64,000 bases of DNA from a virus: IMG/VR virus record IMGVR_UViG_3300042691_016420, positions 24,669-88,668 of that record. The stretch is one strand, 5' to 3'. Below, piece by piece: positions 31,602-40,797 of this stretch; position 1 is the stretch's first letter; every line of letters starts with the position of its first letter. Position numbers and translations under genes: made by a program. The notes beneath the pieces are model-generated. The model saw only the letters and a list, made by a program, of their open reading frames with translations, had not been told where the DNA came from and ran no database searches.

Positions 31602-32411
31602 CTATCTAAATCTTCCGTGTCTATTTTGTTGTTGCATAATACCCAAGTACCTGAATGAGGTATAGTAATGATTGGTAATTGGAAGAAGCCTCATATTCTC
31701 ATTAGAGAGTCTTTGCATCATATGAATATCTGGCATTCTACCCTCTGTTCTAGCTTGCAGACAGTATCTGTTCCACTTCTGCTCAAAGAACATCATCTTA
31801 AATTCTGGATTCTTAAACTTGTATCCCTGATAGGAGAGTTGCTTACAGCAATACCATTGTAAAGCTTCTATAAAAGCTTCCAAGTCTGGGATAAGTGGTA
31901 ACTCATTCTCATCTGTAGGAACTGCCCAGTATTGCATAGTAATAGTTCCTTTCTCAAGATTAAAGAGGAAGCAGTTATTCTCAATTCTATAATCTAAAAC
32001 TGAGTTCCAAGTCAAATCATTCTCAGGAGTTAGCCAGTTATTTACAGAATGTCTAATGGAGTTATTAAAGGGGTTATACTGTTGTGTAGGATCATAAAAG
32101 TTTACTCTCCTATTAGCATAGATGTAGGAAGTCTCAAGATAATTAGGAAGTCTAGTCTCCTCTACAAAAGTTTCTTGAGTACCATCAGGAGTTTCAACTT
32201 TTAACCATCTCAAGAAGTTAACCATATCACAAGGAATCTCTGCCCTGTAATCAGATATCTCAAGAACTTTTTCCTTTAGTACTTGTGGATAATCTCCACC
32301 AATATGCTGCAATGCAGCAGCTATCCATTCATAACAATCAGCTATTGGGAGTGGTTCCACCACCAGTTGTTCTAGCCTGTATATTACTGTATTTATGCTT
32401 GCTAACTTCAT
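31602..32411 (-). CDS. Tail ring/tubular protein
   Basis: YRAEIPCD...GTITMQYWAVPTDENELPLIPD pattern of crAss ring proteins. ATG 32411 preferred over 32429 because it lies downstream of the TTATACG motif. Confidence 0.7.
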   Translation of the reverse strand: MKLASINTVIYRLEQLVVEPLPIADCYEWIAAALQHIGGDYPQVLKEKVLEISDYRAEIPCDMVNFLRWLKVETPDGTQETFVEETRLPNYLETSYIYANRRVNFYDPTQQYNPFNNSIRHSVNNWLTPENDLTWNSVLDYRIENNCFLFNLEKGTITMQYWAVPTDENELPLIPDLEAFIEALQWYCCKQLSYQGYKFKNPEFKMMFFEQKWNRYCLQARTEGRMPDIHMMQRLSNENMRLLPITNHYYTSFRYLGIMQQQNRHGRFR

Positions 32412-32799
32412 AATATAATTTATACGCATCTATATTCTGAAGTATATAAGCAGCTAGAGATCTAGCTAAGACTCTGACTGTCTTAAACTTGTATCTATTA
32501 AAGATACCTTTGGGAGTAAAGTTTACCATACAAGCATAACCATTAGTATGCTCATTTAAGTGTCTAATAGTATAACCCTCTTCTCTGGTAGCTTTAAAGT
32601 CTATAGGTTTTTTCTTAAACTCTCTAGTAGGTTTAAAGCGTATTACCTCAAAGGTTCCTAGAGGTGTTTCTATTGTTTTACCTTTAAATAGGTGAGAATA
32701 GAATACCTTCTGAAACTCTCTAAGAATTTCATCATAAGGTAAGTGTTTTAAGTTTGGGTTTTCAATAAGGAAATTTCCCTTATTGTTGACTTCCATCAT
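32338..32799 (-). CDS. crAss IHF-like protein
   Basis: PLGTFEV...KKPIDFKATRE...HLNEHTNGY pattern. Start moved to ATG 32799 to avoid a long overlap. Confidence 0.6.
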   Translation of the reverse strand: MMEVNNKGNFLIENPNLKHLPYDEILREFQKVFYSHLFKGKTIETPLGTFEVIRFKPTREFKKKPIDFKATREEGYTIRHLNEHTNGYACMVNFTPKGIFNRYKFKTVRVLARSLAAYILQNIDAYKLYYEVSKHKYSNIQARTTGGGTTPNS

Positions 32800-33436
32800 T
32801 TTCATGGTCTTTAGGAATAGCAAAGGTAAACTTAAACTCTGATTCCTCAAGCATTCTAATGATGGTAGATAGCATATTATTAGAGATAGGATAATCCCAC
32901 TCTTGTCCTTGAAATGGAGCAATCTTACCAGCTAATTTTGCAACTAACTCTGGTTCCTCAAATACTCCTCTAACAAGTATTTTCTTAACTGTACAAGTAG
33001 GAGGAAACTTTAAGTATATCTTATTTTCTCTAGCAAACCATCTAGGAAATCTACCTGCATGTCTGGTATAAGCTACTGATTTAAGGGACTGTAAATCTAA
33101 TTGTGTCCATCTATCCTCAAAGTCTGCTCTACCTACATAAGTTAAGTAATCATGCATATGGCCTTCTATAGGTTTAGGTATCTCAATAGTAGTTCTAAGA
33201 ATTCTATCCTTAGTATCAAAACCAATACCTTTATCTACTTTCTCAAGATCTAAAGTTAGCTCTTGTATAATAAATGGAGATAAAGGTCTACCTTTCTCCA
33301 TATCCTGTCTAATAAGAAAAGACCTATAGTAATTCAAGATAAAGAGTACTTGTCTATCAGATAGTGGGTTATCATCTGACTGGGAGAACTTACTCCTTAG
33401 TTCTTGAATGGTATATATTATCTTAGATAGCAACAT
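32780..33436 (-). CDS. Tail ring/connector protein
   Basis: SDD..LSDRQV..ILNYYRS..I and VRGVFEEP..DYPI motifs typical of crAss ring proteins. Confidence 0.7.
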   Translation of the reverse strand: MLLSKIIYTIQELRSKFSQSDDNPLSDRQVLFILNYYRSFLIRQDMEKGRPLSPFIIQELTLDLEKVDKGIGFDTKDRILRTTIEIPKPIEGHMHDYLTYVGRADFEDRWTQLDLQSLKSVAYTRHAGRFPRWFARENKIYLKFPPTCTVKKILVRGVFEEPELVAKLAGKIAPFQGQEWDYPISNNMLSTIIRMLEESEFKFTFAIPKDHENDGSQQ

Positions 33437-33454
33437 ATATTTTTTATACGATAT

Positions 33455-33487
33455 AAAAAGAAAGAGGGAAGATTTCTCTTCCCCCTA
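33455..33487 (-). terminator. Intrinsic terminator after the auxiliary capsid gene
   Basis: Minus strand AGGGGGAAGA-GAAA-TCTTCCCTCT followed by a T-rich tract. Confidence 0.75.
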
Positions 33488-33510
33488 ACTGTGAGTCTCC
33501 GATTTATATC

Positions 33511-34833
33511 TTAGGCATTAAGGAAAGTAAATGAACCCCAACCTGAAACAGTATATGTTCCAAGCCAAGCATCTAAAATATCAAGGAAGTGGCCTACTGA
33601 ACCAGTTGGAGTAGGTGTTACATCAAATTGACCAGTATCAGCAATAAAAGGAGCAGCAATTACAACAGTTTGTAAAAACTCACTTTGATTAGATTGCATC
33701 ACATTATACCCCCAATTTGAAACATATGATAACGCAACTGTACAATAGAAAGTTCCAGGAGTTGCATTCAAAGGGAATGTTTCAAATGGGAACTCTCTGT
33801 AGTTAATCAAAGGATTAGAGTTAGTGTAAGCTTTTTCTTCAAGATCTCTAATTTGACGATAAGAACCAATTGGATAAACAGGAGCAGTTGCAGAAATAGT
33901 AATAAGACCAGCATCATTACCTTTAGGAGTAATTACTACAAAGTCTACCATTCTAAACTGATCATATCTATTTTTCTGAGTTTGAGCAACAGCATCAAAT
34001 TCAAAAGTAAATGAAGTAGGAAAACTAGCAACAGGTACAACATATGCTTGAGTAGCACCAGTACCAGTAGCTATTGTAGCAGTTGTTTCTTGGAAAGCAG
34101 TATCAAGAGTAATTTTACCAGTTTCTACTTTTTCAATAAGATACCAGCTAGTTCCAAGATTAAGGAGAACTCCAGCAACAACTGCAGCATTAAGAGCTCC
34201 TGTAAAAGTTACAACTCTAGAACCTCTAGTAGCTGTAAGAGCTTGACCAGCAGCAACAAAACCAGTAAATGAAGTAGATGGAGATTTTCTATAAACATTT
34301 ACCAACTGATAAGGAGAACCTGCAGAGGTAAGAGGATTAGCAGCAAAACCTTTAGCAATAGTGCTAGCCATTTCCATTTTAACAAAACCATCTGAAGGAA
34401 TGCTAGCAGGAGTAGTATAAGAACCAATAATTTCAGTGTTCTTATTATAAGTACCCATCCTCAAATCTTCCTTAATCTGTACTCCAATTGAGTAAGTAGT
34501 AGAAGCAGCAAGTGCAGTAGCTCCTACAGTAGCAGTAGCAGAGGCTTCAGCAACTGCAGCTAGTGCTGGTGAAGCTATAGCATTTTCATTATCTTGAGAA
34601 GCAGCAATATACTTAACATTACTTCTTGTAATTGGTGTAGAAAACACAGGAGTGTTTACACCATTCTTGTTGATACAAGAAACAATCTTAATTGTTTTAC
34701 CTGCAACATTACTGATTGTAAGAGCAGTATGAGTATCTGCATCTACAATAAGAAGATCTCCAGGGATCATTGTATCAACAGTTGTTCCACTAGCTGTAGA
34801 TCCATCACCTACGAAAACTTTTAAAAGTTCCAT
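33511..34833 (-). CDS. Auxiliary capsid protein (putative)
   Basis: 440 aa, Ala/Thr-rich, high-expression codon use, followed by a terminator. Matches the crAss auxiliary capsid gene position. Confidence 0.6.
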   Translation of the reverse strand: MELLKVFVGDGSTASGTTVDTMIPGDLLIVDADTHTALTISNVAGKTIKIVSCINKNGVNTPVFSTPITRSNVKYIAASQDNENAIASPALAAVAEASATATVGATALAASTTYSIGVQIKEDLRMGTYNKNTEIIGSYTTPASIPSDGFVKMEMASTIAKGFAANPLTSAGSPYQLVNVYRKSPSTSFTGFVAAGQALTATRGSRVVTFTGALNAAVVAGVLLNLGTSWYLIEKVETGKITLDTAFQETTATIATGTGATQAYVVPVASFPTSFTFEFDAVAQTQKNRYDQFRMVDFVVITPKGNDAGLITISATAPVYPIGSYRQIRDLEEKAYTNSNPLINYREFPFETFPLNATPGTFYCTVALSYVSNWGYNVMQSNQSEFLQTVVIAAPFIADTGQFDVTPTPTGSVGHFLDILDAWLGTYTVSGWGSFTFLNA

Positions 34834-34867
34834 TTTTTTAAATTTGTTTTTTAGTTATAAAATTTAT

Positions 34868-35503
34868 TTAAGTTACATCTTTAATTTGCACCTTAGACGG
34901 AGTCCTTTCAGACCCATATGTCTCAAGTGCATATATAACAGCTAGATTTATTATCTGCTCATGTAAAGCAGGATGTAAATCAGATGTTATATTCTGTTTA
35001 TACGAGACTTGAATTGGTTTCTTTAAATAAACCATATCAAACTTCTTAAGAATACTTCCTTTTGGAATATATGCTAAGATTTGAGATACTTTAAAGAATA
35101 TTGCAATCTCAGTATCATCACTTCTTTCAAAGGGATTAGAGATTACTTTAGTCTCTGTATCAAGAATATGTCTTACTGTTCTTACTTTGCCCTCTATACC
35201 ATTTATCTCAAGAGTAGCATTAGATTGTAGGTGAAAATAATAATCTGCAGGTAGAGTTACTGCATACACATCATCATCAAAAGTATCTAACTGAAATGGA
35301 CAAGAAGTACGAAGAGTTTGAGTAGAGAGTACATCAGAGAGTTTCTGTGTAGCCTCAAACCCTTCATAAGCATCTTGTACAATCTTATTGATAGCTTTAT
35401 TAAAGAAGACATCAACCACTTCAGGTTGTAGACGTAGAGCACTCTCAGTATCAAGAGTATCTAGTTGAACCTTAAATGCTTGATGCCATTCTTTAATATT
35501 CAT
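34868..35503 (-). CDS. Tail ring protein (head-tail connector)
   Basis: M...H..F...LD...PEVVDVFFNKA...GFE..QK..D.L and C-terminal LHEQIINLAV patterns. Confidence 0.7.
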   Translation of the reverse strand: MNIKEWHQAFKVQLDTLDTESALRLQPEVVDVFFNKAINKIVQDAYEGFEATQKLSDVLSTQTLRTSCPFQLDTFDDDVYAVTLPADYYFHLQSNATLEINGIEGKVRTVRHILDTETKVISNPFERSDDTEIAIFFKVSQILAYIPKGSILKKFDMVYLKKPIQVSYKQNITSDLHPALHEQIINLAVIYALETYGSERTPSKVQIKDVT

Positions 35504-35506
35504 ATC

Positions 35507-36370
35507 TTATGCAGTTAACATCTTATCATACGCTTTCTCAACAAGATCTTTAAGCTCCTGATTCTTTTTATCTTTCAGGAATTTATAAATCTCATCAAAA
35601 GTAAAGCCTAGTTGGATACCATTAAACTTGTATCCATTATTATCTTTAATAATAGCTCCAGAGAGATATAGTTGGTTATACTTATACTTCTCATCTACTG
35701 AAGGATCATTCATCAGAGCTACAAAAGTATCTGCCTGTTTAGGGGAACCCTCAATGTAGTCTGTAAGTCTCTCATCAATAGCGGCATCTAGAAGATTAGC
35801 TGCACTCTTACCAGTAATAACTGTAAAGTACTTTCTCTTATCTTCTGGAGTAAGAGTGAGATACTTAGCATAAGCCTCAGCTTTATGTCTTCTATTCTCA
35901 ACCTTCTGCTTAGAAACTTCTGCAAGAGAAGTAAGCTCTAGCATAGCAGCTGAGGATGGGTTAGGGTTATTATAAGCAATAGAGGGGTTAGCAATCAGAA
36001 ACTTAATCTTTAAGTTGTTCCATACTTCCTCAATATCAGCTTCTCCTGTCTCAATAGTAAGACCAGTATCTTTACCCTCAGTATCTAGGTTAACTTCATA
36101 GTCTACCCAGAAACCATTATGCATTTCACCAAAACACTCAATTGGACTATCATACCAAAAGTTGCTTCTAGGAGAAAAGTAACCCATTGGTTTACCTAAT
36201 TTCTCCTCAAAATATTTTTCATCTTCTTTAGTAAGACCAGTAATAAAGTTATTAGACATATCCTTGTATGCCACAATCCTATATTTAGTCTTATCAAATT
36301 GGGTAAACTTTTTACCACCTTTTGTAAATCCCCAAGAACTCTTAGGAATACTTCTTAATCTATACTTCAT
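35507..36370 (-). CDS. Conserved crAss protein downstream of MCP
   Basis: ITGLT..DE..FE..LG...F.P.S.FW pattern. ATG 36370 lies just downstream of a TATATTTG element and is preferred over TTG 36400. Confidence 0.6.
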   Translation of the reverse strand: MKYRLRSIPKSSWGFTKGGKKFTQFDKTKYRIVAYKDMSNNFITGLTKEDEKYFEEKLGKPMGYFSPRSNFWYDSPIECFGEMHNGFWVDYEVNLDTEGKDTGLTIETGEADIEEVWNNLKIKFLIANPSIAYNNPNPSSAAMLELTSLAEVSKQKVENRRHKAEAYAKYLTLTPEDKRKYFTVITGKSAANLLDAAIDERLTDYIEGSPKQADTFVALMNDPSVDEKYKYNQLYLSGAIIKDNNGYKFNGIQLGFTFDEIYKFLKDKKNQELKDLVEKAYDKMLTA

Positions 36371-36397
36371 AATTTTTAATTTTAATTCTTGTTGTTG

Positions 36398-36405
36398 CAA
36401 ATATA
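36398..36405 (-). promoter_or_regulatory. Bacteroidota sigmaA -7 element (TAnnTTTG)
   Basis: Minus strand TATATTTG(CA), 27 nt upstream of ATG 36370. Confidence 0.55.
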
Positions 36406-36412
36406 TGTTGAA

Positions 36413-36452
36413 ATAGGATAGGAAGACAGGAAAAATTCCTGCTCCTATCCTA
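36413..36452 (-). terminator. Long hairpin after MCP stop (terminator or stabiliser)
   Basis: TAGGATAGGA..CAGGAA-AAA-TTCCTG.TCCTATCCTA inverted repeat. U-tract is weak. Confidence 0.5.
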
Positions 36453-36469
36453 CAACAACATGAGAAAAA

Positions 36470-37924
36470 TTAGACGAATCTACCAATCTTAGCAGGAATC
36501 AGTTCACCAGCTGAAAGGGGATCTTTCAACAGGATACCAGACCTTCTAATCATGTGGATTTGAGCACCATCAAGGGCAGAACTAGAAGGAGCAAATCCTT
36601 GCTTATAGTTACCATTGATATCAGTCATACCTTCAATCTGGATTGAACCCATCTGAGCACCCTTAAGGGTTACTTTTACAAGGTTAGCACCATTAGCATT
36701 GTTACCAATATTGAAGATAGTGAAACGAGAGGACTCCAGAGGATATCCAGTAGCAGGGTCAAGTTGTCTGTTAAGTACAATATCATCATACAGAGGACAA
36801 TGTACTACAGTTACCTCAAGACCATTAGGGAACATACAAGTTTTGAACTGAGAACCAAAGCTCATATTCATTCCAGTGCCAGATACAAACTGTCCACCTT
36901 CATAAACTTTAATAGAGAGGTTCTTAACTTTTTCCTGAATTGCTCTATCAAACTCAATCATACCCTGTCTTCCAGTCATCATAACAAACTTGAAGTCACC
37001 ACCAGATTGACCATTAGCAATCCAAGAGAGGTTCATCAGGTAATCCTGAAGCATATCATAAGACAGTCTGTTATAAGTCTGCTTGTTTCTGTTAGAGATT
37101 TGTTGTCTCAGACCAGCACCTTCAATGATAGGTCTACCATTAGGTCCAAGGACATTACCTTTAGACATAGTACCATACATCAGAGCAATTTCTTCTCTCT
37201 TTAAGAGTTGAGCCATAGCTTCCCACTTAGCCTTCTCAATCCAAGAGAAAGTCTTAGATCCATCAGACTTGGTCAGCTCAATAGCAATCTTTTGCTTCAT
37301 AGCTTCAGCAGAGATAGCATGCTCAATTCTGTGAGTAGTGAAGTAGTTCTCAAACTTAGCAGGAGAGAAGAAATCTACCCAACCACCTCTGTCCGACATC
37401 TCAGATACAGGAGAGTAAGCTCTACTAAGTTTAGCACCAGCAACTACATCATTAGGATCAAAATACTGAGCAGGGTCAGAGAATTGGAAAGTATATAACC
37501 AACCATTACCAGTCTGAATAGGATCAGCAATAATGTTTACAAGAGCACCACTATCAGTTCTTACTTTATCAATACCAGAGAACCACTTCTCTTCCAAGGT
37601 CATTTGTACAGGAGCACAGTTAAGACCAAGGTTGGTACCAGTAGCACCAGCAGTAATCTTGATAGTTCTATCATTCATGTAAGCTACATCCCACTGATAG
37701 ATATTGCTATCAATTTCCTTTTCCTCAATTCTACCAAGAGCCTCAGTGAGACACTGGAGAGAGTGACCATATTGCTTACCAAGAAGGTAAGATACTACCT
37801 GTCCAAATTGGAAAGGTTTGCGAAGCAGTAACTGATCAAGCTTGTTGCTATCAGTTAAAGCACCTGAGACTGCCCTGGCATCAATGAGCCTGGGGAGACT
37901 ACTGGAATTTACGTTAACATCCAT
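36470..37924 (-). CDS. Major capsid protein (crAss type)
   Basis: 484 aa after portal and scaffold, strongest codon bias. GAGLRQQI, MTGRQG..EFD, HCPLYDD and HPxxG-like DPATGYPLES motifs of crAss MCP. Confidence 0.9.
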   Translation of the reverse strand: MDVNVNSSSLPRLIDARAVSGALTDSNKLDQLLLRKPFQFGQVVSYLLGKQYGHSLQCLTEALGRIEEKEIDSNIYQWDVAYMNDRTIKITAGATGTNLGLNCAPVQMTLEEKWFSGIDKVRTDSGALVNIIADPIQTGNGWLYTFQFSDPAQYFDPNDVVAGAKLSRAYSPVSEMSDRGGWVDFFSPAKFENYFTTHRIEHAISAEAMKQKIAIELTKSDGSKTFSWIEKAKWEAMAQLLKREEIALMYGTMSKGNVLGPNGRPIIEGAGLRQQISNRNKQTYNRLSYDMLQDYLMNLSWIANGQSGGDFKFVMMTGRQGMIEFDRAIQEKVKNLSIKVYEGGQFVSGTGMNMSFGSQFKTCMFPNGLEVTVVHCPLYDDIVLNRQLDPATGYPLESSRFTIFNIGNNANGANLVKVTLKGAQMGSIQIEGMTDINGNYKQGFAPSSSALDGAQIHMIRRSGILLKDPLSAGELIPAKIGRFV

Positions 37925-37965
37925 TTTACTTTATTTTGTTTTTAAGGTTTTACAATTTATTTTAC

Positions 37966-38940
37966 TTATATGATAATATCATCAAAGTCATCTATATTAC
38001 TATTTCTCTTACTACCAGAAGAACCTGAACGGATATTATTATCCTTTTGGCTCTTCAAAGCTTTAGAGAGTTTATCAGCAACATTAGTAGTAGCTCTTTT
38101 CTGTAAGTCCTCACTATTAAAGTTAGTATAGTACATAAAGGCCATTACTAATTGTTTCTCATAATCCTGAGAATCTTCCTGTAACCTAGTTAAGCCACTC
38201 TTAGTAGGCTGTGTCATATAGTTAAAGAAATCATCTCTGGTTCTTTTATCCATCTTAAATCCCTGTATCTCCTCAATACTGTTGATTGTTTGTCTAAGAG
38301 TTACCATTTGTTCTCTGGCATACTCTTCTTCCTCAATCTTCCTTTGTTCTAAGGAATTAAGATATTCTTGCATTTGAGCTCTTTGTGAGTTTACAAGAGC
38401 ACTATGTGCTTCTTCTACCTCATTACCAAAAGTTCCATCATCTTTAGAACTCTCAATAAGACGAGCTATTCTATCTTCAGAAAGACCCTTAGCAGTATAG
38501 TAATCTATTACTACTTGCTCTTGAGTTCCTGCATCAGACATATCTAACTCACTGTAATTTACTTCTCCATAAATCTGCATTACATCTTGGATTGAACCTC
38601 CATTCTGTACTACATCATAGAGCATTGCTAACTCCTCATTCTCTTGGAATGCAGCAGCTAGTCTAGCATTTACAGTATCCTCAAGGAGTTCTTGAATACC
38701 ATCTTCACTGACATCATACTCCTTGTCCTCATCTGCAAATAAAACTCCCTTTTCTACCAAATCCTCCATGAGAATCTGATAAGGGGTTTTATCCTCTTCA
38801 TTAATCTCCTCCTCATAATCTTGTTCTTTAGATTCTTCATAAGAATCTTCAGTATCCTCAAGATTTTCCTCCTCTACATCTGTCTCTTCAGGTGTAGGTT
38901 TTACATTTTCTAATTCTTCTTCTACAAAATCACCAAACAT
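37966..38940 (-). CDS. Putative scaffolding protein
   Basis: Highly acidic, helical 324 aa immediately upstream of MCP. Confidence 0.65.
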   Translation of the reverse strand: MFGDFVEEELENVKPTPEETDVEEENLEDTEDSYEESKEQDYEEEINEEDKTPYQILMEDLVEKGVLFADEDKEYDVSEDGIQELLEDTVNARLAAAFQENEELAMLYDVVQNGGSIQDVMQIYGEVNYSELDMSDAGTQEQVVIDYYTAKGLSEDRIARLIESSKDDGTFGNEVEEAHSALVNSQRAQMQEYLNSLEQRKIEEEEYAREQMVTLRQTINSIEEIQGFKMDKRTRDDFFNYMTQPTKSGLTRLQEDSQDYEKQLVMAFMYYTNFNSEDLQKRATTNVADKLSKALKSQKDNNIRSGSSGSKRNSNIDDFDDIII

Positions 38941-39005
38941 GTTGTTCTAATTTTAAATTGTTATACGGAAATTATTATACTATCTAATATTTATTATTAG
39001 ATTTT

Positions 39006-40496
39006 TTATTTCATAAACTTTTTATATAGTGTTCTAGGAAGCATTTCATATGCTGAAGGTGCTGCTTTAGAAGCCATATACATAATATTTAACTTTTGTC
39101 CTAAACTAAAATCTTTTGTTTTTCCTTTAGTATTTTTAGTTGTAGGATTTACCTTTTTTTCACCAGAATCTGTAGTTACAGGTTTTTGTTTTTCTTTATT
39201 AATTGAGGGTTGTTTACTAGGTTGATTAAAAGGTATATTAAATCCTGCCATAGCATATGGATTATTTTTCATTCTAACCAATTCTTGTCCTTGAATAGGA
39301 TTATTTCTTTTTTTATAAAAATCTTTCCATTGAGCTTCTGTCCAAGAGTCTTCACCTTTTCTTATCTTAGCTAAAGGTTTTTTTTCAGATTTACTAACAG
39401 CTGCATATTTACCAATACCTTCTACAGTAAATTCTTTACCAGAAGCCATCCCAGCTCTATATTGTTTTTGTTGAGCAGGAGTCATATCCTTAAAAGATTT
39501 ATAAGGAGACATAGTTTCTTTAAATGCCTGACTACTCATAGATCTCTTAATCAAGTTATCAAGAATAGGTGTACTTTTCTTTTGTTCTTGATTCATAGGT
39601 CCTACAAAAGAACTTTCATTATAAGTAATAGGTGCTCTAGCCATAGCCTCAAGTTTTCTATTTTCTGCTTTCCTCTCTCTCCTAGATTGTTTTTGTACAG
39701 GAGCAACATTAGAAGACATCTTAGGAGACATTGTAGGAATTTGAGCAGTTGGGATAGAAGCCATTCTAGGAGTAAGTGGACTAATAGGAGCACCCATTTT
39801 ATTTACTCTCTCAATAGCTTCAGCAATTTCCTTTTTACTATCATAAGCATTAAAAGCCTTTAACTGCTCAGGACTCATTTGTGGAAGATTATCTAATGGA
39901 CCTGGTCCAATAATCTCCTCAGCACCAGCTTGATATTTAACAAGAGAAGGTTTATTAGTTTTAAGACTATCAGTTTTTACATTAGCTTTTTTACCCTCAA
40001 GTTTCTTAGGAGCAACTCTACTATTTAATTCTGCATTTCTTTTAGCATTAGCTGCATTAGCTACTAGTATAGTATTCATTGCATTATTAATTCTATTCTG
40101 TTCTAGAATATATTCCATATTCTTTGCAGATTTTGTTCCTTCTTGATACTTAATCATATTAGTTCCTTTTTTATATGGTCTTCCTGTTGGGTCTTGTTTT
40201 TTATTTGCATTAATAAGTGATGCTATACTAGTTCCAACAGAACCAATTATATCACCATAGTTTCCCATAAAAGATCCTGCTTTATCCATAAAAGAAGGTC
40301 CTTTTGAGGAAAGGTAATCTTGAGACATTACCTTATTATCAACAATTTTTCCTAAAGTTTTTTGTTCGGGAAAAAGAAATTTACCAGTTGAGAACTTATT
40401 AGGATCTTCTTTTTGAGGTGCTAATACACCTACACTTTTAGAATTGTCATAAACAAGTCCACTTGTTCCTGGATAATATTTTTTTACCTTCTTCAT
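39006..40496 (-). CDS. Basic low-complexity virion cargo protein
   Basis: 496 aa, Lys/Pro/Gln-rich, with KYYPGTS, YKKGTN, KYQEGTK and KYQAGA repeats. Confidence 0.5.
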   Translation of the reverse strand: MKKVKKYYPGTSGLVYDNSKSVGVLAPQKEDPNKFSTGKFLFPEQKTLGKIVDNKVMSQDYLSSKGPSFMDKAGSFMGNYGDIIGSVGTSIASLINANKKQDPTGRPYKKGTNMIKYQEGTKSAKNMEYILEQNRINNAMNTILVANAANAKRNAELNSRVAPKKLEGKKANVKTDSLKTNKPSLVKYQAGAEEIIGPGPLDNLPQMSPEQLKAFNAYDSKKEIAEAIERVNKMGAPISPLTPRMASIPTAQIPTMSPKMSSNVAPVQKQSRRERKAENRKLEAMARAPITYNESSFVGPMNQEQKKSTPILDNLIKRSMSSQAFKETMSPYKSFKDMTPAQQKQYRAGMASGKEFTVEGIGKYAAVSKSEKKPLAKIRKGEDSWTEAQWKDFYKKRNNPIQGQELVRMKNNPYAMAGFNIPFNQPSKQPSINKEKQKPVTTDSGEKKVNPTTKNTKGKTKDFSLGQKLNIMYMASKAAPSAYEMLPRTLYKKFMK

Positions 40497-40501
40497 TAAT
40501 A

Positions 40502-40771
40502 TTAAAGATTTTGCATAATCTTATATTGTGCATTAGAGAGAGCCTTATGAATCTCTGCAAATACAGGATTTAATTGTTCTCCATAAAGATTTCTAAAGAT
40601 AGAAGCTAATTCTGAAAGTTTAGCTACAATTTCTTCCTTATTAACAGCAGGTTTAGCTTCTACAACAGGAACTACAACCTCCTCCTTCTTTTCTTCTACA
40701 ACAGGAGTAACCTCAGGAATAAAAGTTTCTACTTTAGATTCTTCTTCTTTATTTTTAAATAGTTTTGCCAT
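40502..40771 (-). CDS. Hypothetical protein
   Basis: 89 aa ORF preceded by the TTATACG motif at 40791-40797. Confidence 0.6.
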   Translation of the reverse strand: MAKLFKNKEEESKVETFIPEVTPVVEEKKEEVVVPVVEAKPAVNKEEIVAKLSELASIFRNLYGEQLNPVFAEIHKALSNAQYKIMQNL

Positions 40772-40797
40772 GATTATATATTTATATTTTTTATACG